Assembly (NCBI GenBank): GCA_030390025.1
Contig: CM059425.1
Span: 162,876,001 to 162,940,000, forward strand
Source: Squalus acanthias
Lineage: Eukaryota
Reading direction: 5' to 3'
Length of the DNA stretch: 64,000 bases
Part shown: positions 1 through 13,232 of the stretch, piece by piece
Layout of the letters: every line of letters begins with the position of its first letter
How positions within the stretch are numbered: position 1 is the stretch's first letter
Made by a program: the position numbers and the translations under genes
Notes under the pieces: generated by a model
Told to the model about the DNA's origin: nothing
Databases searched by the model: none
What the model saw: only the letters and a program-made list of their open reading frames with translations

Positions 1-1124
1 GCACATGGGATTGGGGGTAAGGTACTAACTTGAATAGAGAACTGGTTGGCAGACAGGAAGCAAAGAGTTGGAATAAATGGGTCTTTTTCCGAGTGGCAGG
101 CAGTGACTAGTGGGGTACCGCAGGGGTCGGTGCTAGGACCCCAGCTATTCACAATATATATTAATGATCTAGACGAGGGAACTAGATGTAATATCTCCAA
201 GTTTGCAGATGACACAAAGCTGGGTGGACGTGTGTGCTGTGAGGAGGATGCAAAGAAACTCCAGTATGATTTGGACAGGTTGGGTGATTGGGCAGATGCA
301 TGGCAGATGCAGTATAATGTGGATAAATGCGAGGTTATCCACTTTGGTGGCAAAAACAGGAAGACAGATTATTATCTGAACGGCAATAGATTGGGAAAAG
401 GGGAAGTGCAACGAGACCTGGGTGTCCTTGTGCACCAGTCGCTGAAGGTAAGCATGCAGGTGCAGCAGGCGGTTAAGAAGGCAAATGGTATGTTGGCCTT
501 CATAGCGAGAGGATTTGAGTACAGGAGCAAGGATGTCTTGCTGCAGTTGTACAAGGCCTTGGTGAGACCACACCTTGAGTATTGTGTGCAGTTTTGGTTG
601 CCTTATCTGAGGAAGGATGTTCTTGCCATGGAGGGAGTGCAGCGAAGATTCAACAGACTGATACCTGGGATGGCAGGAATGATGTATGAAGAGAGATTGG
701 GTCGATTAGGCTTATATTCACTAGAGTTTAAAAGAATGAGAGGGGATCTCATTGAAACTTATAAAATTCTAACAGGACTAGACAGACTAGATGCAGGAAT
801 GATGTTCCCGATGGCGGGGGAGTCCAGAACCAGAGGTCACAGTCTAAGGATAAGGGGTAAGCCATTTAGGACTGAGATGAGGAGGAATTTCTTCACCCAG
901 AGAGTGATGAACCTGTGGAATTCTCTACCACAGAAGGCAGTTGAGGCCAAATCATTAAATATATTTAAGAAGGAGTTAGATATATTTCTTAAGGCTAAAG
1001 GGGTCAAGGGATATGGGGAGAAAGCAGGGACAGGGTACTGAATTTGGATGATCAGCCATGATCTCATTAAATGGCTCGAGGGGCCGAATAGCCTACTCCT
1101 GCTCCTATCTTCTATGTTTCTATG
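1..1124 (+). mobile_element. CR1 LINE, 3' part (RT C-terminus, 3'UTR and tail); continues beyond the left edge
   Basis: ORF 46..1041 has GVPQGSVLGP, SKFADDTKL and VRPHLEYCVQFW motifs; ends in a TTCTATGT-type repeat tail at ~1110-1124. Confidence 0.97.
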
Positions 1125-1999
1125 TTGCAGGGGCTTCAATCACAACATTTTATAATGAGAATCGCCTTGTGTAAAAGACTGCACACTTTAGTATCCGAGT
1201 TGTACCACAGTGTTTAATTGTTACAGTTTGTGTCTGTTTTTGTTTTTTAAATACTTTATGTAGCAATATATTCATGTGCAGTTTCATAAAACAATATCTT
1301 GCTTGTCCTGTACACTAAGTGAAGCTCACCCCACTGGGAAATCCCTTGAATTCACTTCCATTGTTGCTTCAAAAATGTTGGTGCATTTACACATCGGAAT
1401 TTTTTAGGAAAAGGTCAGGTGTGACGACTTCGAGTGATTTCATGTGATGTATATCAATTTTGACAAATGTGAGGCCCGAAATTCCGCCCTGGCCCAGTGT
1501 AGCTGCCAGAGGGGAGCCTAAAAATGGAGTGGGATCCAGTTCTGCCAGAATTACAGCCCATGGAGAGGAGGCTGGCAAATTCTGGTAGGTCACCTTTGGC
1601 CTGCCCTCCCTACAGCTCGAAGGTGTATCTGGGGGAGTTCCTGGCCACCTGCAGCTATGGATGACGACCCTGTCCCATGTTGCACGGATGGGGTGATAGC
1701 ATGTTGGTGGCGGGTGTGACAGTGACACCTATCGTGATGGAGGCATAGAATGTCAGAGTAGCTTTGACATAGCAGAGGAGTCCCAGCAAGAAAAGGAGCT
1801 GTATAAATATTCTATTTTTATTTAAAGCACCCACACGATGAGAAAGATATTCTTCTCATTGCCATATGGGTATGATTCAGACATAGTAGATCGTGACAGC
1901 TGAAACAAAACCCAATCTTTTAGTTCTTCAATCCGTGGTTAAATGACAAAGACAAGGAATTACCATAGCAACAGAAATTGTCAAACTATTTAATATTGA

Positions 2000-2135
2000 T
2001 AAAATAAAAAACTGAAAATCTGAAATAAAAACAGGAAGTGGTGGAAATACACAACAGATCCCTCAGCATCTGAAAAAAGAAAAGATAGGCGAATGTTTCA
2101 CGTAAAGACCCCCTCATGTGACAAAGAGGAACTGA
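2000..2135 (-). repeat. Degenerate Penelope-type terminal repeat (same family as 60349-60482)
   Basis: aaatctgaaataaaaacag...gaaatac...cagcatctg resembles the 60349 copy; ribozyme core decayed. Confidence 0.6.
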
Positions 2136-2529
2136 ATTTGCTCCTACTTCAGCACCACAGATACAGCTGGGCAGGATTTCTGCTCTCCCCTTGAATGTAC
2201 CCCAACTCTGGCCCACTTCCAGGGGTCAAGGGCATTGAAATATTTCTGGCAGGCACTGGGGCCATTATGAAGCGGCTGGGGTGCTGGCCTCACGTGGTGG
2301 GGAGGAAAATCGCCACATGCCCTTGCTGCAGGGTAGGCTGGCCTGCCATGCCAGTGGAAGATTTTCCGGAAAATTGAATAACTTGCCAATTTTCAATTAC
2401 AGATAAAGGCACCTGGCTAGAAAATAAAAACAAATATCACTGAGATAAAAAAGGGAAGTAGCTCTGATAAATTGCAAAGCAAAACTGTCAGGAATTATTT
2501 GGGTATAAACTAGTCCTGCACCTGCAAGA

Positions 2530-4395
2530 AATGAAAGAGATGTGGCAAAAAAAGAGATGTTCCTTGGATGAGTAGGAAGATTAAAATTCAAATGAGACTC
2601 CTACAATACAACTGTGACTACATTTCAAAAGTACTTAATTGGCTGTAAAGCGGTTTGGGACGTCCGAGGTCATTAAAGGCACAATATAAATACAAGTTCT
2701 TCTTTACTTTCTTTAAATCTAAGCTTAAAAACACAAAAGAAAATCAAGTGGAATACTGAAAATAGAGAGGGGAGGAAAAAAAAATTAGAAAAGCTAAGAG
2801 GAATTATGAATAAAGAATGGCAGGTAACATAAAGGGAAATAGTAAAAGAGTTTATAAATACATAAAAAGTAAAAGAATAGTTAAAGGGTACAGCTAATTA
2901 GAGATGAAAATGAAATCTTATGGTGGTTGAAGCAATAGTGAAGATACTAAAATGAGTACTTTGCCTCAGCTTTCACAGAAGAAAAGATTTACATTTATCC
3001 TCAAGATATCTGAAAATGCTTCACAATGCATTACTTTTGAAGTGTAGTCACTGTTGGTAATGAGTGCGATAGTGAGAATGTAGGGGTACATGAGGAAGAG
3101 ATTAAACCATTAGCGAGGATAACAATCAATAAGGAAGTAGCACTGAAAATGTTGGTGGAATTCAAAGTGAATAAAGCACTGGGACCTGATTGCACACATC
3201 CTAGAATGCAGAGGGACGTCAGAGAGGAAATAACAGAAGTTCCGACCACAATCTTTCAAACATCCTTAGATGCAGCAGTTGTGTAGAGGATTACAGAATT
3301 GTCAAAGTAACACAGCTGTTCAAGGAGAGAGAACGGGATTATAGCATAAATGTATTTTCTGATTGCATTAGATGATTGCTTTGACTCTCTTATTACTAGA
3401 AACAGTACACATAGGGTTAATTGTGGTTTTCTGTGAGCTGTTTTCTGGAAGGCACAGAAAATACACATTATATTATGTCAGATGAAGTCTAATTAATGTG
3501 CATCAAGGCAATGGTTTCTGTAAAACATATATGTTTTCATATGTTAATACGGACTCAGTTCAGAAACATTGAATGGTGCCTGTTTTAATGAGAGGCAATT
3601 AGTTTCAATATCACAGATAGATCAAATGGTGTGGGGAGGGGAGAAATATCCTTGCCACTGCCAAAGATTGGCTATTCCTTTAATACTGATAAGAGAAACG
3701 TAGCCTTTTGTTGGTCTAACATATTTATGGGAGATGCAGTCAGCTATTGCCTTTTGTTTCAGTATAACTTCAAAGACGTAGGTATAATGGGCCCAATATC
3801 AAAATTTGCAGGTAATGTAAAAATAGGGAGTGTGGTTAACTGTGAAGAAGACCGGAAGTAACTTCAGGCGAACACTCAGGAGGTTAGTTGATTGGACTGA
3901 TATGCGTCAGATGAAATTTAATGTGCTGAAATAGGAGTTGATACTTTTTAGGAGGAAGAATAAGGAGAGGAGATACACACTATCTTGTCAAACTTTAAAA
4001 GGAGTGAGAGCAGGGGAAATAGGAGTTCAGATACACAAATCTTTAAATTTGGGAGGACGAGTGAATAAAGCTGTTACAAAACCTAGGATCCATAAGGCTT
4101 TTTTAAGTAATTGTATAGAGTATAAAAGTAAAGAAGAAATGCTAAACCTTTAGAAATGCAAATTGGTTAGGCTGCAGTGAGAATATTGGGGGTGAATTTC
4201 TGCGAGGAATTCTCCTGCTCATCCGTTGTAACTTCAGCAGAAGAGCAGTAGAAACTCGGAAAGACTGGCGTAAGCGGCATTTACGCTGGTTTTCTGGCGT
4301 TTTCACAACTCTTCTCCTGTTTGTCCACTGTAACTTTGGCAGAAGAACTGCCAAAATTTACCCCCCCATAGTCAGTACTCTACTTTAGGAAGGTT
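2530..4395 (+). mobile_element. Old fragmented CR1 ORF2 pieces with a nested SINE tail (~2600-2710) and a MITE
   Basis: Decayed KALGPDCTHPRM, SKFAGNVKIG and IEYKSKEEMLNL motifs with many stops; unrelated sequence at ~3350-3760. Confidence 0.75.
4188..4367. mobile_element. Short Harbinger-type MITE inserted in CR1
   Basis: Termini gggggtgaattt / aaatttaccccccc; flanks att/ata; interrupts the CR1 LEYC region. Confidence 0.7.
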
Positions 4396-4443
4396 CCTGG
4401 CGTAAGGACTGGTGTATGTCTATTGTGTGAGGTATAGTCGTAC

Positions 4444-4550
4444 CTGTCTTTCAGGTCTCCTCAAGAATGCTTTTCCTCTTCCAAATCTAAGTACACTATT
4501 GGAATCCCTATCTAATTGTTCCACCTCTTCCTCTCTGCCCAATTTGGTTG
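4444..4550 (-). CDS. Candidate internal coding exon of an unidentified gene (TKLGREEEVEQLDRDSNSVLRFGRGKAFLRRPERQ)
   Basis: Pyrimidine-rich acceptor tatttcacttgcag, donor cag|gtacga; purine-rich; only one frame open; not recognised as a repeat. Confidence 0.35.
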
Positions 4551-4744
4551 CTGCAAGTGAAATAGCAGCTGGAAGCAAGATGGTTGTGGGAAATGGAATT
4601 GGCAAAGCTTGTAATGCAAAAATTCATACCTAAACAGTAACAAAAATTAATGCACCAATGAAAATGCAGTAATTTAATAAGCAAAAGAATATCTAACTTT
4701 TCAAACAATAATTTAAAAATAATACTCAACTTTAAGAAGCTTAT

Positions 4745-4985
4745 TCCTACAAGCCAGGCCATCTGGGTATGACAGTAGAGAAGCAATGGCTGGTATTTAA
4801 AGAATTAATACATAATTTACAACAAATATACATTCCTTTAAGGCACAAAAACCCCACAGGAAAAGTGGTCCAACCGTGGCTAACAAGAGAAGTTAAATAT
4901 AGTATTAGATCAAAGGAAGAGGCTTATAATGTTGCCAAAGAGAGTAGTAGTAAGCCTGAGGATTGGGAGGATTTTAGAATTCAGG
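4745..4985 (+). mobile_element. CR1 ORF2 fragment
   Basis: QWLVFKE...QPWLTREVKYSIRSKEEAY...EDWEDFR is homologous to the 845-aa ORF at 61430. Confidence 0.85.
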
Positions 4986-5411
4986 TGGCCGAAGTTGGGA
5001 GTTCCTGCATCCTGGCCATCAGTCGGGACCTGGTGTAGGGTCAGCACAGGGACCCCCTAGTCTCACCGGCATACCTAGCCCAAAAAAGGCAGCTGTGGGA
5101 CCTTCCAAAGGGTCCAGGCTGGGATCAGGAGCTGGATCCCCAACGACTGGGGCCCAAACACAGGAGGCCACTGGCAACACCAAGGATTTATTTCCTGGGG
5201 GGACCCAGCACCATCAGTTCACTCCCCCTCCCCTTCAGATGCACCCCCAAACTGCCAACGGTCCACAACTTGTGGCCCCTCCCCCGACCTTGAGAACTTT
5301 GGTGAGCTCAATGGGCATATCTTAGCATTTACACTGGGATACATCCTCCTGCAGATTTTCGGGGCTTACAGGCTAAGTTCACCCAAAAGTGGAAACGAAC
5401 TAACACATAAT

Positions 5412-6125
5412 GGCCCGGAATTTGCAGTCAGCAGCGAAGCCAAGGCATTCGCCGCTGGCCCCAAAGTAAGCTTCACACAAAGATCTCGCGATCTCTGTGA
5501 CAAGAATTTTGGTTTTTCTGACACGGAGTTGAAAGCAACAGAAGTTAATGGGGATTCCCAGCAAAGAGCTGCTGTGACGTCAACAAGCTGTCTAAGCAGC
5601 CGATCAAACCGCAGAATGCTCACAGACAGCGAACCAGGAAGTGAGTAAGCTCCTTTTATTCTAACTTTTTAAAAATGATAGAGAGAGCAAAACAAAGGTT
5701 GGGGCTCTCACATGGGGAAAAGGCAAACCTGAAATTTATTTTAATGTTTTTGAAAAAATGTTATTTTATCAAAATGGATAAATTTGACACTGCACAAAAT
5801 TAAAATTAGTTTTTCAGGGCAGTCAATACGCTGTTAAAATCCCAGTTACACCGAATCCCTTTTAATGGGGTATTTAACAGCGTAATTACTGCGGAAGAGC
5901 CAAAGTTTTCGTCAGTTTCCCTGATTTGACAGATACGCTGATTGCCGGCTCTGTGGGGGGGTGCACAGCGCAGCCTGTGGAGGAGCAGTGAATGACAGAC
6001 CGCAACTTCAGCATTTCCGCATTAGGCTATGCTTGCGCTAAATCCTGAAGTTACGGTCAGTTTCAAAGGTGAAATGACGGCGAACGCTGCCAGTGTGCCA
6101 TCATCCAGACCGCAAATTCTGGGCC
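5412..6125. mobile_element. Harbinger-type MITE
   Basis: 14-bp TIR ggcccggaatttgc / gcaaattctgggcc (1 mismatch); perfect AAT target-site duplication. Confidence 0.88.
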
Positions 6126-6317
6126 AATCAACCAAATCTATAAAGCACAATCTGTTACATAAATAGAATACAGATCAGGGACTGGTGGATGGCAAAGGAA
6201 ACATTTGTGCGGCTCTGGGGAAAGAGCAGGTGAGTGGGACTAATTGAATAGCTCTTTCAAACAACTGGCACAGGCACGAAGGGCTAAATGGCCTCCTTCT
6301 GTGCTGTAAGAGTGTAG

Positions 6318-8640
6318 GGCCAGGAAATTAGGCCCGTTTGCACCGGTCGTTAAGGCCAGTTTGGAAGAAAAACTGGTGGCCAGCTCGCTTCTGCGGGGTC
6401 CCATGGCAGCTGCCATTTTGGGCCGGTCGGCAGCGTGCCGTTGCCGTTGCCTGCGCTCGCTGCAGAAATGGAAATGAAGCAGGTCATGATGTCAATGAGT
6501 GTGCAACGCTGATTGATGCACGATCTGCAATTTAGGCGTTGCCGCTCCATTTAACGCCCTCTCCGAATCACGACCAGCTGAACATGCGCTCAGCAGCAGG
6601 AAGGAGCCCTCAGCAGCGCTATTTAAAGGGATCATCAACAACTTGCACCTGACGTGCTTTTTCATTTCTACTGGCTCTGTGTAAAACTGTGCAACTGTTT
6701 GGAGCTTTCTACAGTTATTTAAAGTTGCTGAGGTGACAGGGAGTGGTGCTGCAAGTGGAGAATGCCTTGCTTCTGATTTAAAGGGTTCTGCTCACACCAC
6801 TTGCTTCCAGTCATGGGGACTGTACTTGCTGTCCCCCTTACGCTCGCGTATCTTCGGGAGAGGGAGCAGAGGCAGCGAAGAAGAGGACAAGATGCTCACA
6901 GAAGGAGGAGGAGGAGGAGGGGCGGGAGGGTTCTCAGCAGGAGGCCTTAACCACCTAGGGTCTTCCGAGAGCACTTTTCCTATCTGCACTTAAGCAGGAT
7001 CAGTGTATTCAGAGGCTCCGCTTCACTAAGGAGGTGGTCACAGAACTCTACCACCTCCTGCAACCAGACCTGCAGCCTGAGAGCAGGGCGCTGACGGCTC
7101 TGCCAGTGGCCCTCAAGGTCACCGTGGCCCTCATTTTTTCCGCCACCGGATCCTTCCAGTCTGGAGCAGGAGACATAGCTAACATCTCCCAGTTCGCCAT
7201 CCATCGCTGCATCCGGGAGGTCACAGAGGCTCCGTACTCCAGAAGAGAAGCAGAATAAGCGTGGCTGCCCCATGGTGCAGGGCACCATCGACTGCATACA
7301 CATGGCTTTGGGGGCGCCGCATACCAATCCTGAGATCTCCCGTAACCGCAACAGGCTACCACTCAATTTGCAGTTGGTGTGTGACCACGCCCAACACATC
7401 ATGATAGTGAATGCCCACTATCCTGGCAGCAGTCATGGTGCCTTCATCTTGTGCCAAACTGGTGTGCCAGCAATCTTCCAGTCACCACGTCAAACCTGAG
7501 GGTGGCTGCTCGGAGACTAGGGCTATCCGCTCTGCACCTGGCTGATGACTCCCCTCCGCAACCCCACCACTCATGGCCAGCAATCATATAATGACAGCCA
7601 TGCTGTCATGAGGAACCTCATTGAGCAGACCATCAGGGTGCTAAAGCAATGGTTCCGCTGCCTTGACTGCTCGGGAGGAGCCCTCCAGTACTCGCTGGAG
7701 CGGGTGTCCCATTTCGTGATGGTCTGCTGCAATCTCCATAACTTGGCCATCATGTGGGCGCAGCCCTTGACACCATGGGTTCTGGGACCACCTCAGAAGG
7801 AGGAGGAGGAAGATGAAGAGGAAGAGGAGGGAGGGAGGGAGGAGGCAGGCATCAGATCCCGTTCCAGACGGGCTGTCCGTGAGCACCTCATTAGACTCCG
7901 GTTCCAATGAATGAAACCCCAGATCCCCGTTGCTCGCCATTTCCCCATCTTAGCATTCCTCTGTCATGGAACATCCCAGCATCCTCCTGGGCCCAAAGCT
8001 GAAATGAAAGCCACCACAAACCAAACATTCCAAACATAACTTATAAATTTATCAAATTCAAATCAAAACAACAATGTCAACGAATCACCCTTGTGCATTC
8101 CCTTAGTGTCTGTCTTTCATGTTGCTTTTCCTACTCTAGTGCTCCTACGAAGTGCTCCCCCAGTGGCTGCAGCATGGCTGGTGGAAGGCTGCTGACGTTC
8201 AGTGGGGGAGACTGCAGATGGCCTTGCAGGACGACCTCGAGCAGCTCTGGGCCTAGAATGCCCGGCTGTAGACTGCACCACCTCAGGCATGGGCGGCAGC
8301 AGTCTGAGCTGGCTGGATGACAAGCAGCAGCAAGGGCACTGGTGGGGTGGCAGTGGTGGGAGTACAAATGCTGTCATCCTGAGAGAGGACAGCAGGTTCT
8401 TGCTCCACAGACCCACTGCCACTCCTCCGGGGCGGTGCTTCAGCATTCCTAGCCATCTGTTGGGGGACAGATTGCTGGAGTGCTGTGAGACCCTGCAAGC
8501 CCCTTTCCACACTCGTAAACCCAGCCACAATGGCACTGAGATGCTTGTGCTGCAATGGAAGCTGAGACATTGCCCATCACATGCAGCATCATGGTTGGGT
8601 CCACAAGTTCTCTCATGGAGTTGTCCATCATTTTCATCCT
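6318..8640 (+). mobile_element. Harbinger transposon copy A (transposase-side end, transposase, 3' part of the convergent Myb-like gene); truncated
   Basis: Starts ggccaggaaatt, homologous to the terminus at 51277; decayed transposase; minus-strand 8090-8640 homologous to 9660-10320. Confidence 0.9.
6813..7910 (+). pseudogene. Harbinger (HARBI1-like, DDE_Tnp_4-type) transposase pseudogene
   Basis: GTIDCIH, HYPGSSHGAFIL, WLLGD*GY and RNLIEQTI motifs plus acidic tail; frameshifts, a deletion and stops. Confidence 0.92.
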
Positions 8641-8641
8641 T

Positions 8642-10321
8642 AAATTTAACAGCCTCACTCGGGTGGTCAGGGTGTGAATGCTTCAACAAATGCTACATAC
8701 CACCATCTGAGCCACAATCTTCACACACTGCCCAAAGCACCACACCCCCCACAATCTCCCACCAACAATCTCTACCTACCAACATTCACACCCACATTTC
8801 ACACAACGACAGCTATTCAACTATGCAGACACATCACCCAAACACATTGCTCCACACTCACTGACACACTTTCCTTTCTCTTGCAGGCCAAGGTGGCTCA
8901 CAACAGGAGGGTGCAGGAGCGCACAGGCGGGGGACAAGCCGACATCCAACCACTGTCTGTGCTGTAGAATCGAGTGCTGACAATTAATGGGTGCCAGGTG
9001 GTGGGCGCCGTGGCCACCGGCGACGTTGACCCTCTTGGGGACAACAGCGGTATGTTCATCCCTATTTCTTCTTCTCACATCCCACTTCCCCCTCATCCCA
9101 CAAGCGTTTCGCACTTTCCAGCTAATCATGCTGTATGCATGCATTTCTCCCTTCCTGCCCCCTCCCCTCACCTTAACCCGACTCTTGTGCCTTTATGCTT
9201 TCAGATAATGAGCAAGCACCTGAGCAGCCTGTCCCTGAAGGCACCGTAGAGAGCGAGGCGGGAGAAGAGGAGGAGGAAGAACACACCGCGTCACTGCATG
9301 TCTCACCCGCAGGCACCAGCTCAGATACTGGCACTATGCGTTCTTTAGAGGGTAGCATAGTGGCAGGATCTGCACAGAGTGAGACACTGGGGACAAGTGG
9401 GCTGCAGCAAGGTCAGGGGGAAAGGGTAGCTCTGGGGCCAGCTCTCTGGAGGACGAGTTCGCACGCGAGTTCTGCTGCACAGGACTCAGATGAGGACCTC
9501 GATGGAGAGGCCTTTAGAAGAAGGGTGATGAGCATGCACACGGAGCTAATAGGTGCAATGGCAAGGGTGGCCGAGAGCCTCTCGGCAATGATAAGTAGCG
9601 TGGAGGAGTCCACCTCCAACATTGCACAAGGCTCTGTGCACACCATGGAGCCCATCATTTCCAGTCTGCAAAGGATGGTAGACTCCCAGAGAGACCGTGG
9701 TGACCCAGACCTGATGCCGCGTGTGATGGGTGATCTAGCAGCTTCCATTGCAGCACAGGCGGAAGCAACACAACATCTTAGTGCTGTAATGCAGTCTATG
9801 CTTGGTGGCATCCAATCTCAGACTGCTCTCATGCAGTCTCAGCTTGATGCCACACATAAGCTCTGGCTGCTGCCATCATGGCTGGATCTACCACCGTCGA
9901 CCGGAGCTTTCACGGTGTCGCAGCAGGCCAGCAATCTGTACTGCAACAGATTGCTAGTGATGCTGATGTTCTGCCTCGAGGGAGTGGCAATGGGTCAGTG
10001 GAGCAGGAACCTGCTGTCCTCTCTCAGGATGACAGCATTCCTGCTCCCACTATTGCCAGTCCGCCATGGCCTTTGTCACTGCCTGTCATCCAGCCAGCCC
10101 AGACTGCTGCCTCCCATGCTGAGGTGGTACAGTCTACAGCCGGGTCTTCTAGGCCCAGAGCTGGTCGAGGGCGTCCTGCAAGACCATCTGAAGTCTTCCG
10201 CACGGACACTCAGCAGCCTTCCACGAGCCATGCTGCAGCCACTGGGCCAACACTTTGTTGGAGCACTAGAGTAGGCAAAGGCACAGTAACAAGAGGCACT
10301 AAGGGATTGCACAATGAATAG
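8642..10321 (+). pseudogene. Harbinger Myb/SANT-like partner gene, spliced (exon remnant 8642-8671, exon 8887-9049, exon from 9205)
   Basis: KFNSLTRVVR|AKVAHNRRVQERTGGG...|DNEQAP joined by GT-AG introns with compatible phases (0, then 1); one stop in exon 2 and a frameshift near 9855. Confidence 0.82.
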
Positions 10322-10486
10322 TTAATATTTTTGATGTAAATATGTGTTCACAGATTTTTGATCAATTTATTAATTCAGTTTGGATTCTTTTGTGGTGTGT
10401 CTCATTTCAGCTTTGCGCTGTGGTATGACCTGCGACAGGGATGGAATGATGGGGATGTGGTGAACAATGGGGATCTGGGGTTTAAT

Positions 10487-11682
10487 TCATTCGAACCGTA
10501 GTCTGATGAGGCGATCACGGACCGCCCTTCCGGAAGGCCGATTGAGTGGCTACCTCCTCCCTCGCTCCTGTTCATCCTCCTCGTCGTCCTCCTCGTCAAC
10601 CTCCTCTTCTTCCTCGTCCTCCTCCTCCTCTCCCTTTTCCTCCTCCTGAGGTGGTCCCGCAATCCCTGGCGGCAAGGGCTGGTCCCTCATGATGGCCAAT
10701 TTGTGCAGCATGCAGCAGACCACCATGAAATGGGACACCCGCTCAGCCAAGTACTGAAGGGCTCCTCCCGAGCAGTCATGGCAGTGGAACCGTTGCTTCA
10801 GCAGGCCGATGGTCTGCTCGATCATGTTCCTGGTGGCAGCATGGCTCTCATTATATGAGTGCTGGGCAGGAGTGTTGGGGTTGCAGAGGGGAGTCATGAG
10901 CCAGGTGGAGATCGGATAGCCCTTGTCTCCGAGCAGCCAGTCGCGAGCTTGACCTGGTGGCTGGAAGAGTGCTGGCACACTGGTCTGGCGCAGGGTGAAG
11001 GCATCGTGGCTGCTGCCAGGATAGCGGGCATTGACATTGAGGTTTCGCTGTCTGTGGTCGTACACCAACTGCACATTAATTGAGTGGTAGCCTTTGCGGT
11101 TACGGAAGATCTCAGGATTGTTATGTGGTGCCCGCAAAGCCACGTGGGTGCAGTCAATGGCGCCCTGCACCATGGGGAATCCCACTATCCTGGCAAAGCC
11201 ACATGCACGTTCGTCCTGCTTCTCTCTAGTGATGAGAAAGGAAATGTAGTCCCTTCTACAACAGTAGAGAGCCTCTATGACCTCCCGGATGCAGCGATGA
11301 ATGGCAAACTGCGAGATGTTAGCTATATCTCCTGTAGCAGACTGGAAGGATCCGCTGGCGAAGAAATTGAGGGTGACAATGACCTTGACTGCCACTGTGA
11401 GTGTCATTGTCGCCCTGATCTGAGGCTGGAGGTCTGGTTGCAGGAGGTGGCAGAGTTCTGTGACAACCTCCTTGGTGAAGCGGCGCCTTCTAATACACTG
11501 CTCCTCACTTAATTGGAGGTAGGAGAAGTGCTCTCAGAATACCCTCGGAGGGTAAGGCCTCCTGTTGAGAGCCCTGATGGCCCCCTTCGTCCCTCTGGGC
11601 AAATGTCCAGTCTTTCTTGCTGCCTCCGATCCCTCCCTCATAGATCCTGGAGGGTGAGGTCGACTGCCAATACAGCCCCCAT
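10487..11682 (-). pseudogene. Harbinger transposase, lightly decayed
   Basis: 285-aa ORF 10550..11407 retains GAIDCTH, LLGDKGY and RNMIEQ (D-D-E triad); premature TGA near 11535 and TAG at 10550. Confidence 0.93.
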
Positions 11683-12807
11683 TAATGTAACCAAGTGTAG
11701 TAGTTTGATTTTTTTTATGAATAAATGTAGCTACTTTTTAGTTGCCACAACACTCCTGATACAAAATAACCTTGAAATTACTGAATGAAACTGTTGGACT
11801 ATGTGAAACTGACAAGAAACCACTGAAACTCCACTAACTTGACAGCTGCAAGTTATTACTGATGATCCCTTTAAATAACGTCCCTTGAGACGGTTTCCTG
11901 CTGTTTCACACCAGCTCTCCCTGTTGCTGTTTAATCCAGACGCTAAGGTAGGTGACAACAATCAATTTCGCAGATTGGGCGGTCAGTGAGCGTTGCACAC
12001 TCACTGACATCATGATCCACCTGGCGTTGAGGCTCCCGGCGATAACTGTTACCGACAGTGCTATGGGGGGTCGGGATTTGGCATGCGGCACCGGAATCGC
12101 CTCGCCTCGGTGATAATGCTCTAGCTCCCCGTTAGTGCCATCTGCTTGCGCTAACGGGAAGCGCTAAGGGGACAAATTTTTCCCCCCATGTTTTTTACTC
12201 GTTTGCCTAATTTGTTTGCATATTTCTTCCTCCACCTCCCTTCCAGTATTCTTGTGTCAAAAAAGACTGGGATGCTTTTTGGAGAATCACAATACATTAA
12301 TCAAATATTGAAGTAGACAGTTAGAGCGATAAACTCTGAGGTTGCTTAAATATGGTCTTTATTTTAAAACAAGGTTTACAACCAGAATGGGCTTTAAAAA
12401 GTAACATGACTCCTGGCTCATTTTTAGCACAGTAGTTAGCAAGTTTCCTTCCTACACACATCTGTTGCTGTGTGTTGGCAGTGAAAGATTCTCAGTTTTG
12501 CCACTTCTTTTTCAGATGACTAGTCTTTTACTGCGACCAAAACTATGCTCTGCCTGCTGCTTCCCAGGATCCATGGGCAGCAAGCTCTCTGGAAAGTAAG
12601 AACAGAGGCAGATATTCATCTTGAGCCATATTTTTTGTTGGAGGAGATACATCGGGATCAAGTGGTGCTCAAATATCCCCACTGATTGGCACCTATTGTA
12701 TATGAATTTATGGGTGATGTCAGTGGCAATGCAAGTTGTTTATAATCCTAGGCCTAGAAATTGGATAAGCGCTGTGTCCGTGCCTATTCAAAGTGGTGCA
12801 GGCAGCA

Positions 12808-13232
12808 CATAGGAACATAGGAACAGGAGTAGGCCATTTAGCTCCTCGAGCCTGCTCTGCCATCCAATGAGATCATGGCTGATCTGCGACCTAACTCCAT
12901 ATACCCACCCTTGGCCCATATTCCCTAATACCTTTAGTTAACAAAAATCTATCAATCTCAGATTTAAAATTAACAATTGTTCCAGCATCAATTGCCGTTT
13001 GCGGAAGAAGGTTCCAAACGTCTACCACGTAGAAATGTTTCCTAATTTCACTTCTGAAAAGTCTGGCTCTAATTTTTAGACTATGCCTCCTAGTCGTAGA
13101 CTCCCCAACCAGCGAAATAGTTTTTCTCTACCTACCCTATCTGTTCCCCTTAATATCTTGAAAACTTCCATCAAATCACCCCTTAAACTTCTAAATTCCA
13201 GGGAATACAACCCTAGTTTGTGTAATCTCTCC
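12808..13232 (-). mobile_element. CR1 3' end
   Basis: Reverse complement gives the RRLRGDLMEVFKIL motif, 3'UTR and (ttcctatg)n tail. Confidence 0.9.

Larger units (their letters stand above)
8641..12187 (-). mobile_element. Harbinger transposon copy B, opposite orientation to copy A
   Basis: Convergent Myb-like and transposase genes; terminus aaatttttcccccc at 12187 resembles the MITE TIR at 36779/37564. Confidence 0.9.

Noticed and set aside
169..573. Antisense ORFs over LINEs and transposases (also 35009, 62844, 11084)
   Set aside because: Shadow frames of the retroelement and transposase coding strands
10550..11407. 285-aa HARBI1-like ORF as a domesticated host gene
   Set aside because: It has an upstream in-frame stop, sits in a transposon context with a terminus and Myb partner, and has several decayed relatives in the window
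12517..12596. Plus-strand exon-like segment (tttttcag...gtaaga)
   Set aside because: No recognisable peptide and no supporting neighbouring exons
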